A stretch of DNA of 64,000 nt from Octopus vulgaris (GCA_951406725.2 OX597819.1:130324001-130388000); one strand, 5' to 3'; positions 39,774-52,920 are shown, counted from the first letter of the stretch. The notes: generated by a model from the letters alone, not told the origin. Numbers and translations are program-made.

Positions 39774-39938
39774 ATCCAAACAAGAAAGCACAAAAAAAAA
39801 ACACACCAACGCGAGGACGTGGAACAAATTTAGTATTATTAGACGCTCAGGAAAGAAGGAAAGAAGGCGGGTCTAACGTTTCGAGCGGAGCTCTTCGTCG
39901 GAAACATAGGAGAAGGAAAGATCCAGAGAAGGGAAGAA
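39770..39938 (-). mobile_element. Second copy of the variant-hammerhead terminal repeat
   Basis: Minus strand cCGACGAagagc-tcc-gctcGAAACGTTa. Confidence 0.6.
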
Positions 39939-40407
39939 ATGAGGTACTCAGAAATCTGGATGCTTTTATATTTACAGATATTTATTAATATGTCACATGT
40001 TTTTATAAATCATATATTAGCGCTTGCGTCCACTCTAGTGGAGTCTTCAGATTGAACTTTTGCAGGAATTTTGTCTCTTTTTATAGTATTATTGAGTGTG
40101 TAGGGGTGGGGAGAGATATAAGCTAGTACAAGAGGGTGAGGAATGGGGAGAAAGTGAGAGAGAGAGCGCGTGTGTGTGTGTGTGTATGTGGGCGTGTGCG
40201 TATGTTTGTATCTGAAAGATGTGTTAAAGAAAATGAGAAGAAAAGGAAGGAGAAAAAAGACAAAAAATTGTTGATATCTTTGCAGCTGGTCAGTCTTTCA
40301 ATAGTAAATGATTCTTGGCTTTTGGAAATGGCAAACCTAGCTGGTCACTCCAAGGGGGAGCCAAATGTCACTTTTCAAAAAATTGTCTGGATTTCTTTTT
40401 ATCGTTG

Positions 40408-40439
<32 letters not shown>

Positions 40440-40440
40440 G

Positions 40441-40477
<37 letters not shown>

Positions 40478-40676
40478 ATGTACGCGTGTGTGCGCGCGCA
40501 CGTGCGTGTGGGTGCCTGTGTATCTGAAAGCGGTGTAAATTGTGTTGACATTTATACCGCTGTTCAGTTCTTTCAACCCAGTCTTTGATTCCAGTGTTGA
40601 TATGGGTTGGAGAATCTGGATGAAAGATTGTTTTTATTTATGTATATGTACATATGTGTAGTACTGTGTGTGTGTG

Positions 40677-40707
<31 letters not shown>

Positions 40708-40844
40708 CTGTGTGTTTAAAACAATTAACTTTACAAAATTGGTCCTTCATCTAGTACAAATTATTATAGAAATATTTTCAGCCATTCAATTTGGAGGAGA
40801 ACTTTGTTATGAAGTATTTTTCCATATTCCTCGTGAAGGCGGTG

Positions 40845-40989
40845 TCATTCTTTGGATATTTGTAGAAGGGAAAGATCGTAAATGTGCCTTCTCCACATGT
40901 ATCTAGGTGTTTACTCAGTGGAATTTTTGGAATACATGTGGAGAAGGAAAATTTGAGATCTTTCCCTTCTACAAATGTCCAAAGAATGA
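40845..40989. repeat. Inverted repeat with ~58-bp arms, probable core of a foldback MITE (~40730-41075)
   Basis: tcattctttggatatttgtagaagggaaagatc..ccttctccacatgtat / atacatgtggagaagg..gatctttcccttctacaaatgtccaaagaatga. Confidence 0.85.
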
Positions 40990-41299
40990 TATAATTTGCA
41001 ACCCTTGGATGCTTTTTTCGTATAGTGTCCACTGGCATGAATTGTCATTTTTAATAATAATTTTTACCCTTAGTACTTATATATATGAATGTGTGTCTGT
41101 GTGTATGAGTGTGTGTGTGTATGCGTGTAAATATCTCTCACTTGCATTACATAAATATATATACGAGTGTGTGTGTGTGTATGTCTGTGTGCGTATGCGT
41201 GCGTGTAGGTGTGTATCTGTGACTGTCCACGAATCAAGGTGCAGGGAGCCACGAAGGACGCACACACACACGTACGTACACGCACACAAACACACATGT

Positions 41300-41432
41300 G
41301 GCTTACCAACCACATGGTTCCGGGTTCAGTTCCACTGCGTGGCATCTTGGGCAATTGTCTTCTACTGTAGCCTCGGGCCAACCAAAGCCTTGTGAGTGGA
41401 TTTGGTAGACAGATACTGAGAGAAGCTCATCG

Positions 41433-41483
<51 letters not shown>

Positions 41484-41928
41484 GCGTGTGTGTGTCTGTG
41501 TGTCTGTGTGTCTGTGTGTCTGTGTTTGTTCCCCCCCAACATCGCTTGACAACCGATGATGGTGTGGTTACGTCCTCGTAACTTAGTGGTTCGGCAAAAG
41601 AGACCGATAGAATAAGTACTAGGCTTACAAAGAATAAGTCCTGGGGTCGATTTGCTCGACTAAAGGCGGTGCTCCAGCATGGCTGCAGTCAAAATAACTG
41701 AAACAAGAAAAGGAGTAAAAGAGTAAATATATCAATAGCACGAATTTACAGAAAACAAAAGACGAAGACAGGTAAAGGGGCAACAAGTGCACAGGAGGGA
41801 CCCTGTGCTAAGGAGTTTGCTTCCTAACCACATGGTTTCGGGTTCAGTCCAAACCATGAGATCTTGCAGGCAGAAACTAAGAAAAGCCCGTCGGGTATGT
41901 GTGAGTGTGCGCGTGAGTGTGTGTCTAT

Positions 41929-41970
<42 letters not shown>

Positions 41971-42180
41971 TTGTGCGTGTGTGTGTATCTGCGTTTGTAA
42001 TCTTCCACCGCTACACAGCCGGTGTGGGTGTGTTTACGTCCCCGTAACCTGGCGGTTCGGCAAGAAAAGAGTGATGAAATAAGTGCCAGGCTTAAAATTG
42101 AGTACTAAAGTTGATTCATTCGACTAAAAGTCCTTCAAACGGGTGCTCCAGCATTGCTGCAATCTAATGACAGAAACAAG
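41300..42180 (+). mobile_element. Two successive SINE B copies (41300-41725 and 41800-42180)
   Basis: Family match; the first ends in a gtaaaagagtaaa tail. Confidence 0.85.
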
Positions 42181-42440
42181 TGTGTATATACATGCATATA
42201 TACACACACACACACACACATTTATAATATTTTTCAATATATATTCATCAGCGACGCCGATCGCATCGACGCAAGGTACAAAGAAAACAAATCCGATTTT
42301 GGCAAAAATCTTTAAATTATATGACACAGCTGCAAAGTATGTACATACATACAATACGCAACTAATTAATAATCAAACACACTCACACACATACACATAC
42401 AAACACACATACATACAAACGTACATGCATATATATATAT

Positions 42441-42731
42441 TACGTGATCACATGATCGACCAGGCTATCAGATGTTCCCACGCATCGCTGGTCACAATGC
42501 GCTTCGCATTGTTTTGGCCTTCAAATCACGCCACCCCGCTGGCTAAGCGAGCAGGCCAACAGAAGAAAGAGTGAGAGAAAGTTGTGGTGAAAGAGTACAG
42601 CAGGGTTCACCACCACCCGTGGAGCTTTAGGTGTTTTCGCTCAATAAACACTCACAACGCCCGATCTGGGAATCGAAACCGCGATCCTACGACCGCGAGT
42701 CCGCTTCCCTAACCACTCGGATATTGCGCAT
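42441..42731 (-). mobile_element. tRNA-derived SINE family D
   Basis: Minus-strand head gagtggttagggaagcggactcgcgg..cggtttcgattccc. Confidence 0.8.
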
Positions 42732-43013
42732 TCCCCCCCCACACACACACACATACACATACATACAAACGTGGCTGGTGGCTGTGTGGTAAATAGCTTG
42801 TTTACTAGCCACACACTTCTGGTTCAGTCCCACTGCGTGCCACCTTGGGCAAGTGTCTTCTGCTATAGCCGCGGGCCGACCAAAGCAGCTTTCTGAGTAT
42901 TCGGTATTCGGCTACCTGATGTCAACAACACTGTAGAGGTATATGCCACTGGATTTATTTCAGGAATTCGTTTGTTGTCTGTAAGGTTAATAAAAAGCTG
43001 AATGACGCTTGTC

Positions 43014-43061
<48 letters not shown>

Positions 43062-43232
43062 TATTTTTATACAGCAGGAGGTGCAGATGAGGGCAGCTGC
43101 ATCGAACTCTCTCATGCAATTGCTAAAAAGCATTCGTGAAGTAAAATCATGTAGCAACACCAAATGGCGGTGCCCCAGCATGGCCACAGCTCGTGAGCTG
43201 AAACTAGATAAAATAAAATAAAATAAATAAGA

Positions 43233-43442
43233 TAAAGCTAATGGCGATCGCCGTGCAATGACTAAGGAAAATAGTCTAATAAAGGGTTATATGAGCCCTC
43301 GACGGAAAAAAAGAAGTCTTTCCTATCCGTGTGGTCGACTCCCACGCGTACAGGAAAGGCTTCTTTTTTCTGTCGGGAGCTTATCTGCCCCTTAATTAGA
43401 CTATTTTCCTTAGTCATTGCACGGTGATCGCCATTAGCTTTA
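43233..43442. mobile_element. Fully palindromic ~210-bp MITE with (T)TAAAG..CTTTAA ends (Kolobok-like termini)
   Basis: taaagctaatggcgatc.ccgtgcaatgactaaggaaaatagtctaat pairs with the right end and pairing continues to the central loop. Confidence 0.85.
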
Positions 43443-43524
43443 AGCTTAAATAAAAATACCATAATTATTATTTACAGGATTGGAAATAATATGGTGGTTT
43501 TTAAACTAGTCTACGTATATACTA

Positions 43525-43791
43525 TTTTACTCGTTTCAGCCGTGCAGCGGTGGTCATACTGGAGCACCACCTTTAGTCGAGCAAATCAACCCTAGGACTT
43601 ATTCTGTCGATCACTTTTGCAGAACCGCCAGGTTACGGGGAAGTAAACACACTAGCATCGGTTGTCAAGTGATGTTGGGGGGGGGGACAAACGCAGATGC
43701 ACAAACATATTCACATACATACATATATATATACATATATACATATATATATATATATGTATATGTATATATATATGTATATATATATGTG

Positions 43792-43825
<34 letters not shown>

Positions 43826-43937
43826 TATATTATATAATTAATATTTTGAATTCGCCTTAAATGGTCCTTTTACATACTGAACACTACTTGGTGAAATTGA
43901 TTAATAACTAATTAATTTTACCCTCAATTGTTGATAT

Positions 43938-44000
<63 letters not shown>

Positions 44001-44142
44001 CGGGCTTCCTTCAGTATCCACTCACAAGGCTTTGTTTGTTCGGCCCGAGGCTATAGCAGAAGACAGTTGCCCATGGTGCCACGCAGTGGGATTGAACATG
44101 GTGCCATGTGGCTAGTAAGCAAGCTACTTACCACACAGCCAC
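43525..44142 (-). mobile_element. SINE B split by simple repeats and an unrelated insert
   Basis: 3' half at 43525-43700, 5' half at 44000-44142. Confidence 0.7.
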
Positions 44143-44188
44143 ACACACACATATATATACGCGTGTGTGTATATATATATGAATACAT

Positions 44189-44246
<58 letters not shown>

Positions 44247-44475
44247 AAATGTGTATATATGTAAAGATGAAGAGGGAGAAAGCGAGAGGCAAGAAGAGGA
44301 GAGAGGGTAAAAGAGAGAAGAAGGAAAGAGAGGTAAAGAGAGACAGAGAAAGAGAGAGAAAGAGAGAGAGAGGGGGACTGAAGCAAAAGAACGCGAAATA
44401 AATTGCAACTCACGAAGTAATAACGAGAAAGATTAGAGAAGGAAATGAGAGAACGAAGGAGAGTGTTTGTGAGTT

Positions 44476-45078
44476 ATACTCTTTTACTCTTTTACTCTTT
44501 TACTCTTTTACTCTTTTACTCTTTACTCTTTTACTCTTTTACTCTTTTACTCTTTTACTCTTTTACTCTTTTACTCTTTTACTCTTTTACTCTTTTACTC
44601 TTTACTCTTTTACTCTTTTACTCTTTTACTCTTTACTCTTTTACTCTTTTACTCTTTTACTCTTTTACTCTATTACATGTTTAAGTCAATTGACTGCGGC
44701 CATGCTGGAGCACCGCCTTTAGTCGAGCAAATCGACTTCAGGACTTATTCTTTGTAAGCCCAGTACTTATTCTATCGGTCTCTTTTGCCGAACCGCTAAG
44801 TGACGGGGACGTAAACACACCAGCATCGGTTGTCAAGCAATGCTAGACGGACACACACAGACACACAAACATACACACACATACATACATATACATATAT
44901 ATATAAATATATACGACAGGCTTCTTTCAGTTTCCGTCTACCAAATCCACTCACAAGGCATTGGTCGGCCCGGGGCCATAGCAGAAGACACTTGCCCAAG
45001 GTGCCACGCAGTGGGACTGAACCCAGAACTATGTGGTTGGTTAGCAAGCTACTTACCACACAGCCACTCCTGCGCCTA
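44476..45078 (-). mobile_element. Full SINE B whose GTAAAAGA tail is expanded into a ~195-bp array (44476-44670)
   Basis: (TACTCTTT)n lies a few bases beyond the SINE 3' end. Confidence 0.9.
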
Positions 45079-45153
45079 TGAGTGAGTTATGAGTGAGTTT
45101 GTATATTCTTATGTTCTGTGTATATTTTTATGTTATACCTGTCTGTGAGTCTC

Positions 45154-45201
<48 letters not shown>

Positions 45202-45462
45202 AGTGTGTGTGTGTGTGTGCGAAATGTAGATAAAAACATTCTTAGCGCTTTATGTAAGCCATCTTCTTTATGTAAGCCTTCCGGCCGGCTGCTTTGCGGA
45301 GAGGGGCGTGGCTAATATAGGCCAAGCCCCAATCTTCTCCGTTAACTTTCTTGTCCTATATTTTCTTATTCTTTCTCTTCATAGTTTAAACCTGGAAACC
45401 GATATTCAGCAGAACGCACACGTAAAAGGAAAAGAACACACACACACACACACACACACATA

Positions 45463-45521
<59 letters not shown>

Positions 45522-45559
45522 GCACACACACACATATACACATAAATACACAAACACAC

Positions 45560-45590
<31 letters not shown>

Positions 45591-45654
45591 GACATATATA
45601 TATATATATACACACACACGTAAATACGTACAAATGTGTGCATGAATGTATATT

Positions 45655-46302
45655 ATTTCTTTACTGATTTCAGTCATTTGACTACGCCCATGCTGGAGCA
45701 CCGCTTTAAAGAGATTTTTTAGCCGAAGCAATCGACTCCAGGACTTGAACTTGTAAGCTTAGTACTTACTTATACTATCGGCCTACATCATTTGTCAGGC
45801 GATGGGGGGGGGGGGGGGGCACACAGATAGATACAAATACAAAATTACATATACTTACATATATGCATACATATATATATATAAATACACCAACATCGGA
45901 TGTCAAGCGATGGTGAGGATACATTGACAGATACAAAGACACATACAAATATATACATACATGCATTTCTCTCTCTCTCTCACTCTCTCTCTCTCTCTTT
46001 CTATATATATATATACGACGGGCTTCTTTTAGTTTCCGTCCACCAAATCCACTCACTAGGCTGTGGGCGGCCCGAGGCTTGCCCAAGACACTTACCCGAG
46101 GTGCCACGCAGTGAGACTGAAACCGAACCAAAAAGCCAGCTTCTTACCACACAGTCATGACTGCGCTTATACATATACATATACATATAAATACATTTGC
46201 TTCCCACATGGTCCCAAGTTCAGTTTCACTACATGGCACCTTGGACTATAGTCTCGGGCTGGTAGCCAGTCGTACACACACACGCTTACACACGCACACA
46301 TA

Positions 46303-46346
<44 letters not shown>

Positions 46347-46590
46347 TGATTGTGTTTATATGTGTGTGCGTTTGTGTCTTTGTTTGTCTACTACCCTCAC
46401 TACACAATCGATGTTGGTGTGTTTATGTCCCCGTAACCTAGCGGTTGGGCGAAAGAGGGCGATAGAATAAGTACTAGGCTTGCAAAAAATATGTACCTGA
46501 GTTGATTTTTTTCGATTAGAAAACCCTTTAAGGCGGTGCTGCATCATGGCCGGAGTCAAATGACTGAAACAAATGGAAGAACAAAGGAAT
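45655..46590. mobile_element. Two divergently oriented SINE B copies (- 45655-46170, + 46195-46590)
   Basis: Family match. Confidence 0.8.
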
Positions 46591-46629
46591 ATATTTCAAC
46601 ATTTTACTTGGATATTTTAATACGAATAA

Positions 46630-47030
46630 CCGGGTGTTATAACCTCAATATACGTATGCTTCTGAACAAAGTGTTGGTCGTGTACAGAGCAGTGATTTAA
46701 AGAACGAAATGGGAAGATCTGCAAACAAATCTCCGGCTTGTTTTGGAGAATTTGTTGCGATTGCTTCCGCCAGAGTCATATCCCAATCATGATCAGATTC
46801 GTCGCTAAAATTCATGTTGAAAAAAGTCGCCGAAAACAATCGCAGTAATGAAAAACATAGGAAACCAAAATTTCAGGATTGTATGACCGGATTCAACCCA
46901 GAATCTTTTTAATTTATTCTCGGGGTCAGCCTGATTCCAAAATGGTATGGTATGTTGGGCTACGGCCTCTAGGAGTAAAAAAGTGTGACACACTGACATT
47001 CACATTTATTATATTTAGATATGTTTAATT
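46630..47030 (-). mobile_element. Degenerate Helitron Rep-helicase fragments
   Basis: ESDHDWDMTLAEAIATNSPKQAGDLFA and IRSYN resemble conserved Helitron RepHel segments, apparently joined by an internal deletion. Confidence 0.55.
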
Positions 47031-47104
47031 TTGGGGGAAACTGTATTTCAATTAAAGTGTATTTTATATATATATAATATATATTATTATTTTTATTATT
47101 GTTA

Positions 47105-47179
<75 letters not shown>

Positions 47180-47187
47180 TTATCATT

Positions 47188-47489
47188 ATATATTCCTTCG
47201 TAACACAGTGTAGGTGAAAATGCCCCGGAGTCTTTAATCATCCGTCAAGTCACAACAAGGACCTCAGACAGATAATACTTTCCGTAAGGTGTGCGTTGTG
47301 CCCAATAAGGCTGCTTTTTGCAAGACATCAATCTTGCATGGGATTTCCAGTTGCCTTACGAAATCTTGAAGTTTCAATGGGATTGAACCCAACGCTCCGA
47401 TCACCACTGGTATCACTTTTACATTACCCTCTCGCATTCCATACAGTCTTGCCATTTCCACTTTGAGTTTGGAGTGCTTGGTCATTTTT
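47188..47489 (-). mobile_element. 5'-truncated R4/Dong-clade LINE inserted in (TAA)n
   Basis: LKVEMARLYG..VIPVVIGALGSIP..LQKAALLGTTHTLRKVL*, then a short 3' UTR; (TAA)n on both sides. Confidence 0.85.
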
Positions 47490-47829
47490 ATTATTATTAT
47501 TATTATTATTATCATTATTATGCATATATACATTCTGCATAGATATATACCGATGAAATATAAGAGACAAGGAGAATGATGAAATTTGGGGAGAGAAAGG
47601 GGATGCATGAGGAGAGATAGAGCGGACGGGGTTAAATGGATACATAGATTCAGCTACGCTAATCGATAAGAATAGGGTCCAACATAATGCCCAGCATTAC
47701 CACAGTTCATTGACTGAAACCAGCAAAACATATGTTTAAATATTTACGTAAGCACATCTGTCTGTCTGCCTATGTGTCTGTATGCATGTTTATATGTATG
47801 TGTGTATATACACACATGCACACACACAC

Positions 47830-47865
<36 letters not shown>

Positions 47866-47918
47866 TGCATATACATATGCATATATATATATATATATAT
47901 ATATATTGCATATACATA

Positions 47919-47973
<55 letters not shown>

Positions 47974-48214
47974 GTATAGATGTATGTACATATACGTTTG
48001 TATATATGCATATGTTCGTATGTGTGTAAACTAACAGTTCGGCAAAAGTGATCGATATATGTACCAGCCAGTTCCACTAAACACTTTAAATTGGTGCACC
48101 AGCATGGCCACATTCCAGTGAGTAACATAAGTAAAAAATAAAAAAAATAGACACATACATATATATATTATATTATATTATATTATATTATATTATATCA
48201 TATTATATTATATT

Positions 48215-48888
48215 ATATAAAATCTGTTCTGTCCGTCTGTGTGTTTCTTCCATCCGATTGCGCTCAAATTTGATATGTAGATACCCACGGTATCAGAGTA
48301 TGTATTAAGTCTTGAAAAAATTACAAAAATTAATTCCAGATGAGAATGCGATCGATAAAGCCGTGGGAACATGCATTTGTACGCACAAGTACATCAGCTG
48401 TTGCGATCGATACTACCGTACGCGATATAAATGCACGTGCAGTTTGCGCAAAAAAATCATCATGCTTTTCCATCTCGATTTACCTCCAGCTAACCCATTT
48501 GCATGCATCGTTTTTGTCCTGCTTTTCTTCCGTCAACCTGTTCATAACTGCACCTTCCATTTTTTGTTGTTTTTGTATTGCTTAAGGGTACGTTTCTTTC
48601 CTGCCAAGCTTACTGTTTAAACCATGTTTGTGTTCTCCCAGTCAACAACCTTATCATTACTGGTACTTTAAACTCTTTGGTTGCATATTTGTGTGGATAA
48701 AATCGTTTTTCTTTGGAATAGTAAAAAGTCTATCATTATTTCTTCTTTTGCTGGTGTCTCAAATTTAGTTTAAATCAGTGTTTCTCAAAGGGAAGGCCTA
48801 TGGGACGGTCGGACAAGTTGTTTTGAGAAAATTTGGTTTAAATGTTTAACAACTCAGCACCGTCCACTAGACGGGAGGCGTTTTGCTC

Positions 48889-48890
<2 letters not shown>
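48215..48890 (+). mobile_element. Non-autonomous Helitron-like element
   Basis: 5' tatataaaatctgttctgtccgtctgtgtg..ccgattgcgctcaaatttg; 3' hairpin ccgtc-cacta-gacgg, then a degenerate CT(C)G|T end. Confidence 0.6.
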
Positions 48891-48933
<43 letters not shown>

Positions 48934-48943
<10 letters not shown>

Positions 48944-49029
48944 ATTTAGGGTATCTAAGAGATACAACCACGCTGGAAATAGCAGATAAATCTGGTGGTA
49001 TCTCTTAGATACCCTAAATTATAATTTTA
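48934..49029. repeat. Perfect 32-bp inverted repeat at the start of a ~180-bp element embedded in (TA)n
   Basis: taaaattataatttagggtatctaagagatac / gtatctcttagataccctaaattataatttta. Confidence 0.9.
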
Positions 49030-49125
49030 ATAATAATTATTACCTTTGAAGGTTTTTATTCCCATGCTGGGCATCTCTTAAGATCGGTATTTAAATAACG
49101 ATCTTATCCTTATTTATATATATAC

Positions 49126-49192
<67 letters not shown>

Positions 49193-49744
49193 TACATATG
49201 ATGTAAAATATAAAACTATAGTTAAGTTATTTAAAAGAACAACACAATGTCAACCTAATTTGATGACGTTTACAAGGAAAGAGGAAAGTTTGTTATTTAT
49301 ATTTCGGACCTTAGCACCTATGCGGAAACAAAATGAACTGGATGAGAAATATTGTGAAAGGGAGAGTGAAAGATAGAGTGAGCATGATTAGGAAAAAACA
49401 AATGATAGTTGGAAAAACAGAAGCTGAATGTGTGACTATGTGTAACCCAAAGAATTTCAATTGGTTTGATCCTGTTTTCGCATATGATGAATAGCTGACA
49501 CTTTTGAGCAGTTTTGTATACAAAATACTATAAACAAAGATTTGCTGAAGAGTGTAAATCTTCATCTATAAACTCATTGATGATGAGGAAATTTTTATTT
49601 TTGCAGAATGTTAAGAAAGTTATTCTTCAAGAGAATCGACTCATATGTCAAAGGCATTCTAACGATGAACACTATGCTTCTTGGGTGCTTCTGGTTGATT
49701 TCCTGATTATAATTGCAGTATCTATCGTGTCCTCTTTTCTTAGG

Positions 49745-50020
49745 CGGTGGAGTGTGATTTGAAAGAGATTTGGTTGCTATTTCTCGCAGGTCAACGGCAA
49801 TGTAAAGACTTATACATTAGCTCGTTATTGTTGTTGTTGTAAATGCTGGTGGCAGTGTTTAGCTCTAGATCAGGAGTGTCTGAACAGAACGCTCTATAAG
49901 TTCGGTATATTTATGAAACCAGTATCCTCTATTTGTATAATAAGGTGGGTTATGAATTGAACCGGGATTTGGCTGCTGACTAGAGCAGGTCACAAGACAA
50001 CGTAGCATATCTCTCGTTGT
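49745..50020 (+). repeat. Old unclassified interspersed repeat (gtgatttgagggagatttggctgctatttctagcaggtcg motif)
   Basis: Similar motif at ~26170-26225(-), 32015-32040, 54155-54200(-), 60065-60120 and 60430-60470. Confidence 0.65.
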
Positions 50021-50642
50021 TTCCTTATATCCATTGTGGTCACTGATGCTATTGCTGCTGCTGCTGCTACTGCTGCTGCTACTGCTGTTGTTGTTTCATC
50101 ATGACTTCATTCTATTTTCATGAAGCTCAGCTAAATGGCCGCCAAAAGCTAGTTTGCAAGAATCGATGATAATACGCCATTTTGTGACGGTTAATTATCA
50201 AAGGGTCTCCGACATTTTACTATAGGATTGGCTATATTAGGGATAATTAATAAATATTTATTGCTCTACCTTACAAACAGATGAGGGGGAATCATCACAC
50301 GTAGATATAAACACTCACATTCAAGCTTGCACATACACATACACACACTTGTATACGTATTTGCATGCACGCATATGGACGCATGCGTTCACACAGATTC
50401 ATGCTTTGCACTGCAGTTCCGCAGGATGTCACAGCGTTATTGTTCCCACACGGTTTTATCAGCCCCATCGTAAATCATTGTTTCCTCATGTATGTATATA
50501 TATATATATATGTCTATACATGTTTATGTGCACACACACACACACAGATACAAGTTTCTATGGATTCGGACATGCATACATTATACACACAAAAATATAC
50601 ATGCACACTCTCAAACGCACGCAAGCACATACACACATATTA

Positions 50643-50673
<31 letters not shown>

Positions 50674-50722
50674 CACATATTTACTTGTTTATGCAAATGC
50701 ATGTATATATGTATGTATGTAC

Positions 50723-50760
<38 letters not shown>

Positions 50761-51588
50761 TACCAAAATATACCCATATGCAAGATTTACATAGACACGA
50801 TATATATGTAATACTTCATGTATGCATATATGCATGAGGTATATGTGTGTATGTTTGCGTGTGCTGCATGTGTGTGTGTGCATTTGTGAGTATATGTATG
50901 TATATATGTATATGTGCATGTACATATAATTATGCACTCAATTATATAAACATACATACACATATATAGATTCCTGTAAATAAAGCACACATACATATAT
51001 ATATACATATATATACATATGCACTCATTCATATACACGTATACATATCCACGCATACATATATGAATACATACATAGTGTAAGTACACACATACATACA
51101 CACACATACACACACACACATACACATACACATATACACACACACACACATACACAGGCTAGAACACGGCTCATGTTAATTGATGTGTTGTGTTTATAGG
51201 TTTCGCGTTGGGTTATCTATGAATATTTAAATACAAATAACACCTCACTAATATCTTTTTCGATAAAATCTCCACCAAACTTAAAAAGAACTTATCCATG
51301 ATTAATTAACATTAATCAGAAGCAAGCAGTAACAGAATAATTAATTAAATATACTCTGACTCAAAACAGCTCGACTTCATTTCAACCGTGTTCTGTTTTT
51401 TTTTGTATATTATTTATATAAATTGATATATATTTATATACATATTTTTTTGTATATATTTATATATTCATCTGTAGATTTACACACACACGCGGCGCAT
51501 ACACACATGTTTATATATATACACACATATTGATATATATATATATATATAAAAATATGTATATATATTGATATATATACATATATAT

Positions 51589-51649
<61 letters not shown>

Positions 51650-52204
51650 TATGTATGTATGTATATATACACACACATATTGATATATATATATACAAAT
51701 ATGTATATATATATATTGATATATACATACATATATACTGATATATATATATATATATGTATCAGTATATATGTATGTATATATATATATATGTATGTAT
51801 GTATGTATATTTTTATATGCACATTTTTATATATTCGCATATACGTTTCTTCGGCGGTATGTTGTTGCTGTTGTTATTGCCGTCTTCATCATGGCTTTTG
51901 GGGTTAATGGCTGTTGATGGTTGGGGTTGTGACTTTTGTCTATACTGTGTGTGTGTGTTTTTGTTTGTGTATTGACTTTTGTTGTTGTTGTTGTTGCTGT
52001 CTTACGCTGTTGCTGCTGTTGTAGTTATGTATTTTTTTAATAATGTTTTTGTAAGTATTTATTGTTGTTTATTTTTAAGGCTTTTTTAATTCTGATTTTT
52101 GTTCGTGGAAAACGTTTGGTTTTTGTTGTTTTTGTTGTTCTTGCTTTTGGTGGCGGTGTCGTCGCCTATGCTTGTGGTTTTTGTTGTGAATTATGCTTTT
52201 ATAT

Positions 52205-52278
52205 AGTAGTAGTAGTAGGAGCAACAGTAGCAGCAACAGCAGCAGCAGCAGCAGCAGCAGTAGCAGTAGTAGTAGTAA

Positions 52279-52336
<58 letters not shown>

Positions 52337-52423
52337 GGTGGTGGTGGTGGTGGTGGTGGTAGTAGTATGGTGGTGGTGGTGGTGGTGGTGGTGGTGGTGG
52401 TGGTGGTGGTGGTGGTGGTAGTA

Positions 52424-52464
<41 letters not shown>

Positions 52465-52889
52465 CGAGGAGGAGGAGGTAGAGGAAAAGAATGAAGTGAG
52501 GGAGGAAGGTAGGAGAATGACGGAGAAGAAGGAGGAGGAGGGGGAAAGGATAAGGAAGAGGAGAGGAACGGAAAAAGAAGACGGTAGAGGAGGGGAGCAT
52601 AGGAGAAAGAGGGGGGTGTTGAAGAAGAAGAAGAAGAAGAAGAAGAAGAAGAAGAAGAAGAAGAAGAAGAAGAAGAAGAAGAAGAAGAAGAAGAAGAAGA
52701 AGGGAGAAGAAGAAGAAGAAGGAGAAGAAGAAGAAGAAGAAGAAGAAGAAGAAGAAGAAGAAGAAGAAGAAGAAGAAGAAGAAGAAGAAGAAGAAGAAGA
52801 AGAAGAAGAAGAAGAAGAAGAAGAAGAAGAAGAAGAAGAAGAAGAAGAAGAAGATGATGCTGATGATGAAGAAGAAGAAGGAGAAGAAG

Positions 52890-52920
<31 letters not shown>
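52205..52920. repeat. Purine-rich compound trinucleotide array (GTA, GCA, GTG, GAG, GAA)
   Basis: Direct reading; further GGT/GAT tracts extend to ~54120. Confidence 0.97.

Noticed and set aside
45295-45335. GC-box (GGGGCGTGG) plus CCAAT as a promoter
   Set aside because: Short motifs among repeats with no downstream gene evidence.
47190-47262. Continuation of Helitron coding sequence (MIKDSGAFSPTL)
   Set aside because: It lies directly after the R4/Dong stop codon and resembles the 3' UTR of the other Dong copy.
49850-49875. tggcagtgt resembling the miR-34 5' end
   Set aside because: The match breaks down after about 9 nt, no precursor hairpin is evident, and it lies within an old repeat.
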